From the IMG/VR virus record IMGVR_UViG_2831987924_000001: a stretch of DNA of 64,000 nt; one strand, given 5' to 3'. Every line of letters starts with the position of its first letter. Position 1 is the stretch's first letter. Below are positions 9,445-21,060 of this stretch, in pieces. The notes beneath the pieces were generated by a model, which was given only the letters and a program-made list of their open reading frames with translations, ran no database searches and was not told where the DNA came from. Made by a program: the position numbers and the translations under genes. Source of the stretch: a virus (Duplodnaviria; Caudoviricetes).

Positions 9445-11574
9445 TTAAATAATATCTCCTTTTCTTAAATACTTCCCTACTGCTGCGCTTGATGTACGGT
9501 AATAATCAACATCTTGCAATTGGACATCCTCTAAACGTTTAATCAATTTTACTTTACTATCATTTTTAGATTTCATCACGGCAACACCTAATGTTGTTCT
9601 TGATGATTTAGCATTAATCATACTTGTATTAAATACCAATACTTTATTGATTGTTGAAACAGCCACTAAATCAATATCTTGTTTAATTGTATCCCAGTAA
9701 ATCGGATTTTCTTGGTCAGTATAGGCATTTTTTAACATGCTGCGATTTGATTTGTAACTAGATAATTCAATTTTCGCCACTTTGCCATTATTAAATCCAA
9801 TAATCAAATATCCTTCATAATCTTCTGTCGCAGTAACATAAACAATATTCTCATCTTTCAATCCTAATGTTGAAGGTAAATATTCACCTAACACAGACGG
9901 TTTATGATCATCAATTTCATATGCTTTAAGTTTGTAGCAATTTTGTTTATCGGTAAAGATGAGTATATCCGATTTATTAGTCGCATCAAATTCATATGTA
10001 ATCTCATCATCATCTTTTAGTTTCATATTGCTTGAACCACGTAATGATGTAAGTGGAATTTTCTTTAAGTAACCTTGTTTTGTTGCAACAATACGGATAT
10101 TGTAATTTTCGATTTCAATTTCTTTTTCATCGACAGATGGTAATTCATCTGCATAAATAATTTCTGTTTTACGTGGTTGTCCGTATGTTTTCTTGACATA
10201 TTCAAGTTGGTCAATAATCATTTTTGCAATTGTGATTTTGTCATTTAAGGCAAATTGTAATTGTTCGATATCTTTATCTAATTGCTCAATTTCATTAATT
10301 CGTTCAATTATGTATTCTTTATTAAGGTGTCTTAATTTAATTTCTGCAACATATTCAGCTTGAGTTTGGTCAATATTAAATGCTTGCATCAGATTAGCAA
10401 TAACTTCATTATCACTTTTTGTTTCACGGATAATTTGTATTGCTTTATCAATATCAAGTAGCACCTGTTTTAATCCTGCTAATAAATGTCGCTTATTTTT
10501 CTTTTTGTCTAAATCGTATTGAATACCACGTTTAATACATTTTGCTCTAAATTTTAGCCATTCCCTAATAATTTCTTTTACCCCCAACACTCTTGGTCTG
10601 CCATCAACAATAACGTTAAAATTACAAGAGAATGTGTCTTCTAGTGGTGTCAATTTAAATAACTTCTGCATTAATAATTCTTTATTTGTATTGTTCTTAA
10701 CAGTAATTTCAATACCTGATGAATTGACACCATAAATATCATTTACATCAACAATTTCTTTTAGTTTACCTTCTTTAACTAAATCAACAATTCGATCAAT
10801 GATAACTTCAATTTTGGTTGTGTAAGGAATTTCTTTAATAATGATTGCATTATCAGTAAACTCATATTTTGCACGAATTTTAAAAGAACCCTTACCTGTT
10901 TCATAAATTTTTTCAAATTCCTTTTCATCATAAACAATTACTCCGCCTGTTGGAAAGTCTGGAGCTTTAATATAATCAGAAACTTTAACAGAAGTGTTTT
11001 TAATGTAATTGATTGTAAAATCAATTAATTCATTCAAGTTAAATGAACAAATATTGCTCGCCATTCCTACTGCTGTACCTTGTGTTGGATTAGCTAAAAT
11101 CGTTGGAAATGTAACAGGAAGTAATCTTGGCTCTTTCATTGTATTGTCGTAGTTATCAACCATATCAACAACATTTTTTTCAATGTCTTTGAACAATTCT
11201 TGTGCAATCGCCTCTAGTCTCATTTCTGTATATCGCATTGCAGCGTATTGCATGTCTCTTGAATAATACTTGCCAAAGTTACCTTTTGAATCGATATAAG
11301 GAATAAGTAATGCTTCATGATCTTTTGTTAAACGAATTGCTGTTTCATATAAACTCTGATCACCATGAGGATTTAATTTTAATCCTTGACCAACCACATT
11401 AGCTGATTTTGTACGATTACCTTTTAATAAGCCCATTTTATACATTATATAAAGTAGTTTACGTTGTGATGGTTTAAATCCGTCCAGCTCTGGTAAGGCA
11501 CGATGTAAAATAACATGGGCTGAGTAAGGCATGTAGTTATTTTTTAAACTATCAGTGATTGTTTGTTTTATCAC
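9445..11574 (-). CDS. Type IIA DNA topoisomerase subunit A (GyrA/ParC-like)
   Basis: DGFKPSQR, KSANVVG, PHGD, AAMRYTE (catalytic Tyr), PDFPTGG. Confidence 0.95.
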   Translation of the reverse strand: MIKQTITDSLKNNYMPYSAHVILHRALPELDGFKPSQRKLLYIMYKMGLLKGNRTKSANVVGQGLKLNPHGDQSLYETAIRLTKDHEALLIPYIDSKGNFGKYYSRDMQYAAMRYTEMRLEAIAQELFKDIEKNVVDMVDNYDNTMKEPRLLPVTFPTILANPTQGTAVGMASNICSFNLNELIDFTINYIKNTSVKVSDYIKAPDFPTGGVIVYDEKEFEKIYETGKGSFKIRAKYEFTDNAIIIKEIPYTTKIEVIIDRIVDLVKEGKLKEIVDVNDIYGVNSSGIEITVKNNTNKELLMQKLFKLTPLEDTFSCNFNVIVDGRPRVLGVKEIIREWLKFRAKCIKRGIQYDLDKKKNKRHLLAGLKQVLLDIDKAIQIIRETKSDNEVIANLMQAFNIDQTQAEYVAEIKLRHLNKEYIIERINEIEQLDKDIEQLQFALNDKITIAKMIIDQLEYVKKTYGQPRKTEIIYADELPSVDEKEIEIENYNIRIVATKQGYLKKIPLTSLRGSSNMKLKDDDEITYEFDATNKSDILIFTDKQNCYKLKAYEIDDHKPSVLGEYLPSTLGLKDENIVYVTATEDYEGYLIIGFNNGKVAKIELSSYKSNRSMLKNAYTDQENPIYWDTIKQDIDLVAVSTINKVLVFNTSMINAKSSRTTLGVAVMKSKNDSKVKLIKRLEDVQLQDVDYYRTSSAAVGKYLRKGDII

Positions 11575-11586
11575 TTTTTTACCCTC

Positions 11587-13545
11587 CTAATCTAAAACAT
11601 TTTCAATATATTCATGTAAGTGTTCTTCAATGTAGTCTTTACGTCCTTGTAAATCATCACCCAAAAATAATTCAAAGTATTTTTGCATTTTTTCTACATC
11701 ATCAACCGTTATTTGAATTAATTTTCTTGTTTCTGGATTCATGGTTGTTTCCCACATCATTTCAGGTGTATTTTCACCCAATCCCTTAGAACGCTGAACA
11801 ATGAATTTACCTTTTAGTTGTGAAATAATTTCATCCTTTTCTTTATCAGAATAAGCAAAATATGATTTGTCGCCTTGCACAATTTCATATAAAGGCGATT
11901 CTGCAATATATACCTTACCCTCTTTGATTAGTGTTGGAGTTAAACGATAAAATAGCGTTAATAACAATGTGCGAATATGTGCACCATCGATGTCACCATC
12001 TGTCACGATAATGATTTTTGACCAACGTAAATTATTGATATCAAAACTGTTCAACTCTTTATTATGTTTTGATTTAATTTCAACACCACAACCAAGTATT
12101 TTTAGTAAATCTACAACAACATCATTTTTAAATATCTTGTCATATTCAGCTTTTAAACAATTAAGAATTTTTCCCCGTAAAGCATAGATAGCTTGAAATT
12201 CTGGATTGCGCCCTTGTTTTGTAGCTCCTAGTGATGATTTACCTTCTACAATAATCAATTCTGTTTTTGTGTTATCTTTTGAAGTACAGTTTACAAATCC
12301 ATCTACACGATTGGTAATGTTATTGATATTGCTTTGTAGTTTCTTTTTAATGCTTAAACGTGTCTGTTCTGCTTTTTCGCGACTGCGTTTGTTGATTAAG
12401 ACTTGCCGCATAATTTTATCTGCTTCTAATGGATTTTCAATGAAATAAATCTCAAGTTGTTGCTTTATATAATCAGTCATAAAATCACGAATGAATTTAT
12501 TTGTAATTGCAAACTTCGTCTGATTCTCATAACTTGTTTCCGTACTGTACGTGTTCGTAATTATAATCAGACTATCCCTTATATCATCAAACGTAATCTT
12601 CTTTTCACCTTTTTTGTACTCACCTTTTTTCTTAATTAACTGATCAATTGCATATGTAAATCCATTTTTAATCGCTTCATGTGGGCTTCCACCATGTTTT
12701 AAAAATGAACTATTATGGTATGATTCCATTACATTAATTTCATTATTGAAACAGAAGGCAATTTGATATTTTGAACGATAATCTTTTTTATCTTCACGAT
12801 CTCGTCCAATTGCTTCTGTTTCCCAATACACAACATCAGTAAAGTTTTTACCTTGATTGAGTTTATGGATATAATCAATAATTCCATTCTCGTAATAATA
12901 TGTATATTTTTCATTTGTTTCTTCATTATAAACTTCAACTGTAACGCCTTTATTTACAATCGCTTGTTCTTCTGCATATTTTTTAATCCATTCAAAAGGT
13001 ATATCTGTCTCCGTGAATACGGATAAATCCGGCTTCCATTTAACAAATGTACCCGTTGAATTATAATTATATTTTTCTTTTTTAAGTCCACCAACAACTT
13101 CACCTTCTGCAATTTCAATTTCATATTTGTAACCGTCACGATATGAGCGAACTAGCATATGTTTACTTGAAAAAGCTGTTGCTGATGCTCCTAAACCATT
13201 CAATCCTTTTGCGAATGCATAAGCGTCATCATCATTTTTTTCGTATTTTCCACCAGCGTATAATGTCTGGAAGATTAATTCATAATTGTATTTGTTCTCT
13301 ACACTATTCCAATCCATCGGAACACCGCGACCAAAATCTTCAACACTGTAATAATTATCTTTGTGTTTTGTGATAATGATCTTATTGCCATAACCACCTT
13401 TTGCTTCATCTATTGCGTTATCAGCAATCTCAATCAAACAATGGAAGCATCCGTTAATGTCATCTGATCCTAAAACATTTGCAGGTCTTAATCTCACCGC
13501 CTCTCTGTCAGATAAGCTTCTAATACTTTCATTTCCGTATGTCAT
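11587..13545 (-). CDS. Type IIA DNA topoisomerase subunit B (GyrB/ParE-like)
   Basis: EIADNAIDE, DFGRGVP, GLNGLG, VEGKS, LRGKILN, DGDIDG, KGLGE. Confidence 0.95.
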   Translation of the reverse strand: MTYGNESIRSLSDREAVRLRPANVLGSDDINGCFHCLIEIADNAIDEAKGGYGNKIIITKHKDNYYSVEDFGRGVPMDWNSVENKYNYELIFQTLYAGGKYEKNDDDAYAFAKGLNGLGASATAFSSKHMLVRSYRDGYKYEIEIAEGEVVGGLKKEKYNYNSTGTFVKWKPDLSVFTETDIPFEWIKKYAEEQAIVNKGVTVEVYNEETNEKYTYYYENGIIDYIHKLNQGKNFTDVVYWETEAIGRDREDKKDYRSKYQIAFCFNNEINVMESYHNSSFLKHGGSPHEAIKNGFTYAIDQLIKKKGEYKKGEKKITFDDIRDSLIIITNTYSTETSYENQTKFAITNKFIRDFMTDYIKQQLEIYFIENPLEADKIMRQVLINKRSREKAEQTRLSIKKKLQSNINNITNRVDGFVNCTSKDNTKTELIIVEGKSSLGATKQGRNPEFQAIYALRGKILNCLKAEYDKIFKNDVVVDLLKILGCGVEIKSKHNKELNSFDINNLRWSKIIIVTDGDIDGAHIRTLLLTLFYRLTPTLIKEGKVYIAESPLYEIVQGDKSYFAYSDKEKDEIISQLKGKFIVQRSKGLGENTPEMMWETTMNPETRKLIQITVDDVEKMQKYFELFLGDDLQGRKDYIEEHLHEYIENVLD

Positions 13546-13615
13546 ATAATCACCTCACACAAAATTTTAGTCGAGAACTACTGTCCTCGACTTTATTATA
13601 ATTTATTTAATTCAT

Positions 13616-16074
13616 TCAGTCAACAAAATATTTTAATTCTTTTATAATTTGTTTTAAAAAATCTATATCGTATTGTTTTAAATATGTATCATCGACATTG
13701 TTTAATGCTCTATGTAAAGATATTGCTTCAATTGGTTCAAGTTTTAGAATAAGATACTCTCCTGTGTTTGTTAGCTTCACCTCCATAGCTGAGCCTCCTA
13801 TTTGATACTTTGCTCCAATGTGGGTTCTATTTGACAAACCAATTTCCCTGATTCCCATATTTCTACATATGTATCTCTGCCTTGTAATTGAAACTCTTCA
13901 CTAATTGAAAAAGCTTTATTTGCACTTTCTCCGACATATTGAATAAGATCGTCTGCAATTGTGATATAAGTGACCATAATTTTATCCTCCTTGTTTTTAA
14001 ATATAATTTAGGTTTTTATTCAGATTTACTTGTTCTACTAATAATTTCACAAACATCAAATTTTACATAAACTAAATTGCCAAGATCGTTTACAGCATAA
14101 ACACCGTCATTATTTCTTGCAAGAAAAGTTGAAATTTCGCCACTTTTGTTTTAATATAACCCGTATACATTTACAACTGTTTTCATAAATGATTATCTCT
14201 CCTTTTTTAATTTTTATTTAAAAGAACTTTTTATTACATTATTTAATAACTATCTTAAACACCCATCAATTAACAAAACCATCGATTTATCATTTTTAAT
14301 ATCTTTAATAACTTCAGAAATAAGAATAAACTCTCCGTTCTCGGTTTTTGAAAATCGTCCATAAATAGCTAATGCATAATCACGTTCAACCTCTTCAATT
14401 TCTTTGTGTAATGAACCATTATCATCTGCAACACATTCTGTATATAATTGCATAGCCTCTTCCTTATCATTAGCTTTCAATAAAGCATAATATGGATAAT
14501 GCACTTCAAAAAATTTCATTGTAAAACACTCTCCTTTTAATTATTTTTGATTTTAAATAACTTCTTTATAATTCTTTTAATATCCTGATATGGTTTATTA
14601 AATATTTCTTTAAATGCTGCAAAAAACACAGCAACTACACCAACAAAAACGATAGCAAAGATCATATAATTCATTAATAATCCTAACAAATACATTTTAT
14701 TTCTCCTCCACAATAATACTATGGAATTGAGAACGATAAATAATTACTACCTTGCCATTATTAATAAATTTTATTTGATTAGATTTTGATTCAATAGCAA
14801 ATTTCCCTTCATATCGTTTAATAATGTTTCCGTTAGCATCATAAATTGTCAGAACTCGCTCTAATCCTCCACCATATTCTGATTCAAGATTTTTCTTTGT
14901 ACGCTCCCATGACTCTCCACAACCTGTCAGTGTTGCTAATGATAATCCTGCTAACAAGATACCTGCTAAAAGTTTCTTTTTCATTTTTCATACCTCCTAA
15001 TAATATTTTTCTATCAAATAACTCTTTGATTTAATCTTCTATACTTCCGTAATCCAACTCAGCTTTATAAACCACTAATTCCTCGCCAATAAATTTTTCT
15101 TCTTCTACTTCATTCCATAGATCCACATCATCCTTGTATCTCCATTCCTCATCATTGAAAATAATAACGGTTTTAACAACGTTAATTAATGGAACATGAT
15201 AGCCCCTTGTTTCTTTTACATACTTTGTCGCTTGTTCCAAAAAGTCTTTTTCATCTTTGAAATTTCTTACATCACTTAAAACTTCTTCTCCATCCCAATC
15301 TTCAAAAAATCCTTTGATACTCATTTTTACACCCTTTCTTTATAATAATTTATTTCTATAAATTCCCCATTTTATCATTCTTTATCAAATGTATCTGCTT
15401 GATAATATCCTTTGCTAACTCGAATGTCATAATAATATTCGTCACTATAATCGTCATAATAAAACTTATGTACTGTAACTGTTGTATTCCCAGAGCTAAT
15501 TGAAGAACAGTCACCGCCATTCGTTTCTAAGTCACTGATACATCTTTGAATCCATTCGTTAATTTCTTCATTGGAAATGTTTACACCATTATGAAAACTG
15601 TAAAAATCATCAGGGAATTTAGGAATATTCACCTTACCATCTCCTTTTATAATTTATTTATTAAAGAACAAATAAGTATTGATATACAAAATACAAAAGG
15701 TAAACACTGTTGATTAGCGTAATTAACTTTGAATACCATTTAACCTCTGGAACTTTTTTAGTTGATAGCATTTTTAACACATCCATAAAGGTTTTAATAT
15801 TTACAACAACCATAATTGCTGACCATAGTAAGAATAATGGAGAATTTGGAATAATGCTTCCTGCTGAAATATAGAAACAAATATTTAAAAATGTAACAAT
15901 AACGAATGTAATCATATAAATTAAAGAAGGATTTTTGCCTAGTAGCTTTTCAGATTCCTCATAAGATTTATTGAATTTTTCTTGTAAGTCTTTTGTTCTA
16001 ATATTTATATTTTTCCATGCATTTAGATTTTGTAATAACATATACAACGTAAAGATAACCATTAACACCTTCAT
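13616..16074 (-). other. Cluster of small accessory phage ORFs (13616-13858, 14250-14519, 15031-15324, 15375-15632, membrane protein 15661-16074)
   Basis: Short co-oriented ORFs with strong GGAGG-type RBS; functions not recognised. Confidence 0.65.
14697..14984 (-). CDS. Putative lipoprotein
   Basis: MKKK, hydrophobic stretch and LTGC lipobox. Confidence 0.75.
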   Translation of the reverse strand: MKKKLLAGILLAGLSLATLTGCGESWERTKKNLESEYGGGLERVLTIYDANGNIIKRYEGKFAIESKSNQIKFINNGKVVIIYRSQFHSIIVEEK

Positions 16075-16146
16075 ATTTATCCTACCTCCATTTATATAAA
16101 TGATTTATTTTAGATTTAGGGCAGCCGTAAAGACTTCCCTGTTTAA

Positions 16147-16887
16147 TTATTTAGATTGACGAATTTGACGCTCAATTTCAGCTTTTAATTTTGGCTCTGG
16201 AGCAAACTTCTCTTCCCAATGTGGCGGCTTAATAATCTTACCATCTTCTTCACGATAACGAGGTTTACCATCTTCCCATAACTTACCCATATTAGCTTCT
16301 TGCACAATTTTAAATAAATTGAATGGTTTTACACCTAGATGCACAAATGTTCCAAAGTTAAAATACATAATATCGGTTAATGCATCAGCTTGTGCAACTA
16401 CAACATCTTCAATTTTTTCATTTTTATCTAAGATTTTTTGGCTTACTTTTTCCAATCCTTCTTTAAATTGATTAAATAACTCTAAGAATTTTTCTTTATC
16501 GCCTTTTACAGTTGAATATAGAAATTCAACTAATTCCTCACCTGTCCATACAGCACGCTTCAATGCTAAATCGGATGGAATTGGAGTTGGTTTATCAGCT
16601 ACATGATGACCAAATGCTTTGTGAAATTCACGTACCATATAATACATTTCGTTTGGATTATATTTCTTGAATGTTTTAACTTTCTTTTTACGTTCGCGGT
16701 ATTTCACAACATTTTTAATATCTGTTTCGATTAATTTTGTTGTACGTTGACCCTTTTCTTTATCAAAATTAACAATCACTTCGACTACTGCTTTATTACC
16801 TTTTGTAGAATAGAGTCGTCCTTTTTGTTTTTCTTGTTTCATCCATACAAGCATGCCTTTTTGAAGTTTTTGTTGTTTGTTTGCCAT
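16147..16887 (-). CDS. MazG-like all-alpha NTP pyrophosphatase (DR2231/dUTPase-like) with N-terminal extension
   Basis: VREFHKAFG, EELVEF, DALTD.MY...G, V.EANM.K, DGKIIKP. Confidence 0.82.
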   Translation of the reverse strand: MANKQQKLQKGMLVWMKQEKQKGRLYSTKGNKAVVEVIVNFDKEKGQRTTKLIETDIKNVVKYRERKKKVKTFKKYNPNEMYYMVREFHKAFGHHVADKPTPIPSDLALKRAVWTGEELVEFLYSTVKGDKEKFLELFNQFKEGLEKVSQKILDKNEKIEDVVVAQADALTDIMYFNFGTFVHLGVKPFNLFKIVQEANMGKLWEDGKPRYREEDGKIIKPPHWEEKFAPEPKLKAEIERQIRQSK

Positions 16888-16951
16888 ATCTATACCTCTC
16901 CTTTTATATTATATTTTTTATTTAGAGGGGGAGTAAATCCCCCTTCTTAAC

Positions 16952-17206
16952 TTATTGCAATTTAGAAATCATTTTTTGAATTTCGTCAGGCTTAAAGCCA
17001 ATCGAGCGTTGAATTTCATTACCTTCGTCATCAAGAAGAATAGTGACTGGCGTTGACATGATTCCATATTTCACTGCAACGTCTGGATTTTCTAATACAT
17101 TAATAGCTTCATGTTCTACATTGTGAGACTCAAGAAATTGTGAAACCATTTGACAAGGACGGCATGAAGGTTGATACAGTTTTAATAAACGATACATAAC
17201 AAACAT
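16952..17206 (-). CDS. Thioredoxin/NrdH-like redoxin
   Basis: CRPC active site and STP motif; last gene of the nrd cluster. Confidence 0.88.
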   Translation of the reverse strand: MFVMYRLLKLYQPSCRPCQMVSQFLESHNVEHEAINVLENPDVAVKYGIMSTPVTILLDDEGNEIQRSIGFKPDEIQKMISKLQ

Positions 17207-17221
17207 CTCCTCTCCATATAA

Positions 17222-18271
17222 TTACAACTCATCAAAACCATTATCATCTGTTGTTTTTGCATATGATCTAGGTCTGTTTTCAAAAAAGTCAGTTTTACTC
17301 AAATTAATATTTTCATCGCTAAATACACGAATCCACGGCATCGAGTTTTCAGTTGCATCATATAAATCTTCAAGCCCCAACATTCGCAAGCGTTTATTGC
17401 CGAGATATTTAATGTATTCAGTCATTTCATCCACATCAATACCATCAATATCTCTCAATACGTATCGTGACCATTCAATTTCATATTGAACCGCCTGATC
17501 GATATACTCATAAATCCATTTAGAAAATTCCCCATCTTCATCTACCTCTGGATTCTCCCCTAACACAGCTCGCAACAATTGTGAAATAAAATAGCTGTGA
17601 CACAATTCATCTTTATTGATATAACTAATCATTGTCGAAGTTTTTAACATTTTTTGATTCCGCGCTAAGTTGTAGAAAAATGCAAATCCCGAATAAAAGT
17701 TAATTCCTTCTAGCACAATTGAAGCTACTAGTGCTTTACAGAATGTATAAACATTAGGATTACTTCTAAATTCTTCATATACCTCAATTACATGCTTATT
17801 GCGTTCGTAAATTTGAGGTGTTGTACGAGCCATTTCAAATGCTCTGTTTTGTTCCGATAACTTTTCAATAGAAGCTAAAACATATGAATAAGATTGGTTA
17901 TGAACTACTTCTTGTTGCTCAATAATGGAGAAATTAGCTTTTACACTTGGATCAGTAATATATTCTTTGATCACTCCAATGAAATTTGGTTGAACAGAAT
18001 CCAAAATTGATAGCAATCCAATAATATGTAAAAATGCATCTCTCTCACGTTCAGATAATTTTTTCCATTGTTTAATATCATCAGACATATTAATTTCAAA
18101 CGGTGTCCAGAAGTTCCCTAGCAACATTTTATAAATGTCATAGAAATTACTATATTTAATATCATTCCAATTTAGAATACCACTCGCTTTACCATTGATA
18201 ATGCTTGTTGCTTTGTTTGGATTTGATGGTTCTAATAGTTTTACTTTTGCTAATTTATCATATTTACCCAT
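17222..18271 (-). CDS. nrdF: Class I ribonucleotide reductase beta subunit
   Basis: FW.PFEI, LD..Q, EVVHNQSY, EGINFYSGF, DELCH, DFFE.R..SY. Confidence 0.92.
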   Translation of the reverse strand: MGKYDKLAKVKLLEPSNPNKATSIINGKASGILNWNDIKYSNFYDIYKMLLGNFWTPFEINMSDDIKQWKKLSERERDAFLHIIGLLSILDSVQPNFIGVIKEYITDPSVKANFSIIEQQEVVHNQSYSYVLASIEKLSEQNRAFEMARTTPQIYERNKHVIEVYEEFRSNPNVYTFCKALVASIVLEGINFYSGFAFFYNLARNQKMLKTSTMISYINKDELCHSYFISQLLRAVLGENPEVDEDGEFSKWIYEYIDQAVQYEIEWSRYVLRDIDGIDVDEMTEYIKYLGNKRLRMLGLEDLYDATENSMPWIRVFSDENINLSKTDFFENRPRSYAKTTDDNGFDEL

Positions 18272-18274
18272 ACA

Positions 18275-18715
18275 CTAAACCTCCATTAAAATTTTATTGA
18301 TAAATTCTATTGGTAAATGCTTTTGATTGCCTCTAGGAGATTGTTCAATTTTTAATTTTCCTAATACAGTTGTAACTTTTGATAAATGATATTCCATTTC
18401 ATCAACTGCTCGACAATAATATGTCCACATTGTTTCACCTGTACCGAATACTGCAACCTTCGGTAATTTCAATTGTTTTTCCTTAATGATATATTTTAAG
18501 CAATTCCTCATTTCTTCAGGTAATTTACCGTTTCCCCATGTATAAGAACCAAATAAGATTAAATCTTTATTATTTATATAATCATCTTTAATTTGTTTGT
18601 GATAGATGTTGATGCAAGTGGTATTGTGACCACCTGCAATCAACACCTCATTAATCATTTCAGCAACTTCTTTTGTGTTACCTGTTTGCGATGTATATAT
18701 AATAGAGATATTCAT
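18275..18715 (-). CDS. Flavodoxin (RNR-associated)
   Basis: YTSQTGNT, GSYTWGNG, AVFGTG; lies between the RNR subunit genes. Confidence 0.9.
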   Translation of the reverse strand: MNISIIYTSQTGNTKEVAEMINEVLIAGGHNTTCINIYHKQIKDDYINNKDLILFGSYTWGNGKLPEEMRNCLKYIIKEKQLKLPKVAVFGTGETMWTYYCRAVDEMEYHLSKVTTVLGKLKIEQSPRGNQKHLPIEFINKILMEV

Positions 18716-18729
18716 TTTTCATCCCCTCA

Positions 18730-21039
18730 TTAAGAAGCACAACTTTCACATTCTTCAATTGTTAAAGCTGTGCTACGTACATAATACGTTGACTTCAACC
18801 CCGATTTCCATGCCGTTAAATGAATATTGAGCAAGTCTTTCGCTTTAATATTATTACGAACATAAATGTTAAAACTTAATGATTGGTCAACATGTCTTTG
18901 TCTTGCTGCATTTTGTTTAATACTCATAATTTGATCAACTTGATATGCATTTGTATAGAACCATGTTGTTTTAGGATTTAAATCAGGTACAGTAACAGGA
19001 ATTTTATAGTTTTTCTTTTCTTCAAAATATAAGCGATTAAATACTGGATCGCAAGCAGCAGTGCCATTTGCTAATACCGATGTTGATCCGTTAGGAGCAG
19101 GACTCATGAGATATCCATTTCTTAAACCATATTTCATCACTTCTTGTTTTAATGTATCCCAATCTAAATCATCATGTGATTTATATTCACGAATTTCAAA
19201 GTATTTACCTGTATGCCAATCTGAACCTTCGAATAATGGATAAGCCCCTTTTTCTTTAGCTAATTCATTACTTGCTTTAATTGTGAGATATGCAATTTTC
19301 TCAAATAATTTATCTGCGAATTCTACACTTTCTTCACTATCCCACATAATTCCGTTTAGTGCCAACAGATGATGCCATGAAAATGCACCTAAACCAATTG
19401 CGCGATATTTTTTATTCGTTAATACTGCTTGTAACACTTCAATGCGATCTTCGTTTAAATCAATAACGTTATCCAGCATACGAACTTGAATAGGAATTAG
19501 TCGCTCTAAAACACCATCTGGTACAGCACGACCTAAATGGATACTAGATAAGTTACATACAACAAAATCACCCGGTTTTTTATGAATAATAATTTCTCCA
19601 TCTTGTGTATATTCTTTAGTAACAATTGTTGGACTTTGATTTTGCGCGATCTCCGTGCAAAGGTTACTACAATAAATCATTCCTGCATGTTTGTTAGGAT
19701 TCATACGATTAGCTTCATCACGATAGAACATATACGGTGTTCCTGTTTCTAATTGTGATTTCATGATACGTTTCATGATTTCAATAGCAGGAACACGTTC
19801 TTTGCTTAGTTCAGGATGATTAACACATTCTTCGTATTTTTCTCTAAATGAACCTGAACCACGTTCTTCATCATAAAAATCTTCAAGTCCTAATGGGTTT
19901 CCGTTTTCATCTTTCCAACCCATAACTTTTTTAACTTCATGTGGGTCAAATAAATACCAGTCACCACGTTTTTCGACTTGTTCCATGAATAAATCGGGGA
20001 TACATACACCATAGAACAAATCATGAGCTTTTGTTCTTTCATCACCGTTATTCAATTTCGCATCTAAGAATGCGAAAATATCTTTATGCCATACATCCAA
20101 ATAGACGGCGATACTTCCTTGTCGTGTACCAAGCTGGTCTACTGAAACAGCCGTATTGTTTAATTGTCTCATCCACGGGATAACGCCCGATGAAATACCT
20201 TTAAACCCTTTAATATCGCTTCCTCGGCTACGAATCTTTCCTAAATATACGCCGATTCCGCCAGCACCTTTTGATAATCTTGCAACATCTGTGTTTGATT
20301 CATAAATTCCGATTAAGCTATCATCGACAGTATCAATAAAGCAACTTGATAACTGACCATATGATTTACCTGCGTTTGCATATGTAGGAGTTGCGACTGT
20401 CATATATTGATTGGATAATGCCCAATATGCTTCTTTTACCAATTCCATTCGTTTTGATTTATCTTCTTTTGACATTAATGTTAATGCAATTGTTAAAAAT
20501 CTCTCTTGAGGAAGTTCATAAATCTCACCGTTATATCCTTTAGCTAAGTATCTGTCTACCAATGTTCTTAGTCCAATATATGTAAACAATTTATCTTTTT
20601 CAGGATCAATGAAAGTTGATGCTAATTTAATTTCTTCTTTAGTATATTCTCGTAAAATTAATTCGTCATATACACCCAAATCAGCCAATTTCTTTTGCAA
20701 CCCATAGTAACTACCATATTTCTCGCTAGCATCATACGAACGATTATACGCTGCCTGTTTATATAATTGTTTTAAGTAAACTCGTGCTGCCACAAAAGTC
20801 CAATCAGGTTCTTCAATTGTAATATTATCTAATGCATTAAGAATTAGTTTATTTGTAATCTCTTCTGCTTTATATTCTTCGTGTGAAGTTATTGTTTTGA
20901 TAATACGTTCAATGTATTTATCCGATTTTAAATGTGGAAAATCTGCTAAGATATTAGACACAAAATTTCTCAGACGTTGTTCATTAAAAGGTAGTCTGCG
21001 TTTTCCGTTGTCTTTTGTGATGATTGTCAACGTGACCAC
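18730..21039 (-). CDS. nrdA: Class I ribonucleotide reductase alpha subunit (N-terminal ATP-cone-like region)
   Basis: ATPT.ANAG, LSSCF, SNLCTEI, VCNLSS, PNGSTS, YYVRS, C-terminal CESCAS. Uninterrupted. Confidence 0.95.
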   Translation of the reverse strand: MVTLTIITKDNGKRRLPFNEQRLRNFVSNILADFPHLKSDKYIERIIKTITSHEEYKAEEITNKLILNALDNITIEEPDWTFVAARVYLKQLYKQAAYNRSYDASEKYGSYYGLQKKLADLGVYDELILREYTKEEIKLASTFIDPEKDKLFTYIGLRTLVDRYLAKGYNGEIYELPQERFLTIALTLMSKEDKSKRMELVKEAYWALSNQYMTVATPTYANAGKSYGQLSSCFIDTVDDSLIGIYESNTDVARLSKGAGGIGVYLGKIRSRGSDIKGFKGISSGVIPWMRQLNNTAVSVDQLGTRQGSIAVYLDVWHKDIFAFLDAKLNNGDERTKAHDLFYGVCIPDLFMEQVEKRGDWYLFDPHEVKKVMGWKDENGNPLGLEDFYDEERGSGSFREKYEECVNHPELSKERVPAIEIMKRIMKSQLETGTPYMFYRDEANRMNPNKHAGMIYCSNLCTEIAQNQSPTIVTKEYTQDGEIIIHKKPGDFVVCNLSSIHLGRAVPDGVLERLIPIQVRMLDNVIDLNEDRIEVLQAVLTNKKYRAIGLGAFSWHHLLALNGIMWDSEESVEFADKLFEKIAYLTIKASNELAKEKGAYPLFEGSDWHTGKYFEIREYKSHDDLDWDTLKQEVMKYGLRNGYLMSPAPNGSTSVLANGTAACDPVFNRLYFEEKKNYKIPVTVPDLNPKTTWFYTNAYQVDQIMSIKQNAARQRHVDQSLSFNIYVRNNIKAKDLLNIHLTAWKSGLKSTYYVRSTALTIEECESCAS

Positions 21040-21060
21040 TTCTCCTTCTCTATGTAATTT

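Noticed and set aside
17222..21039. Introns or inteins in the RNR genes, as in SPbeta
   Set aside because: Both subunits are continuous ORFs of normal length.
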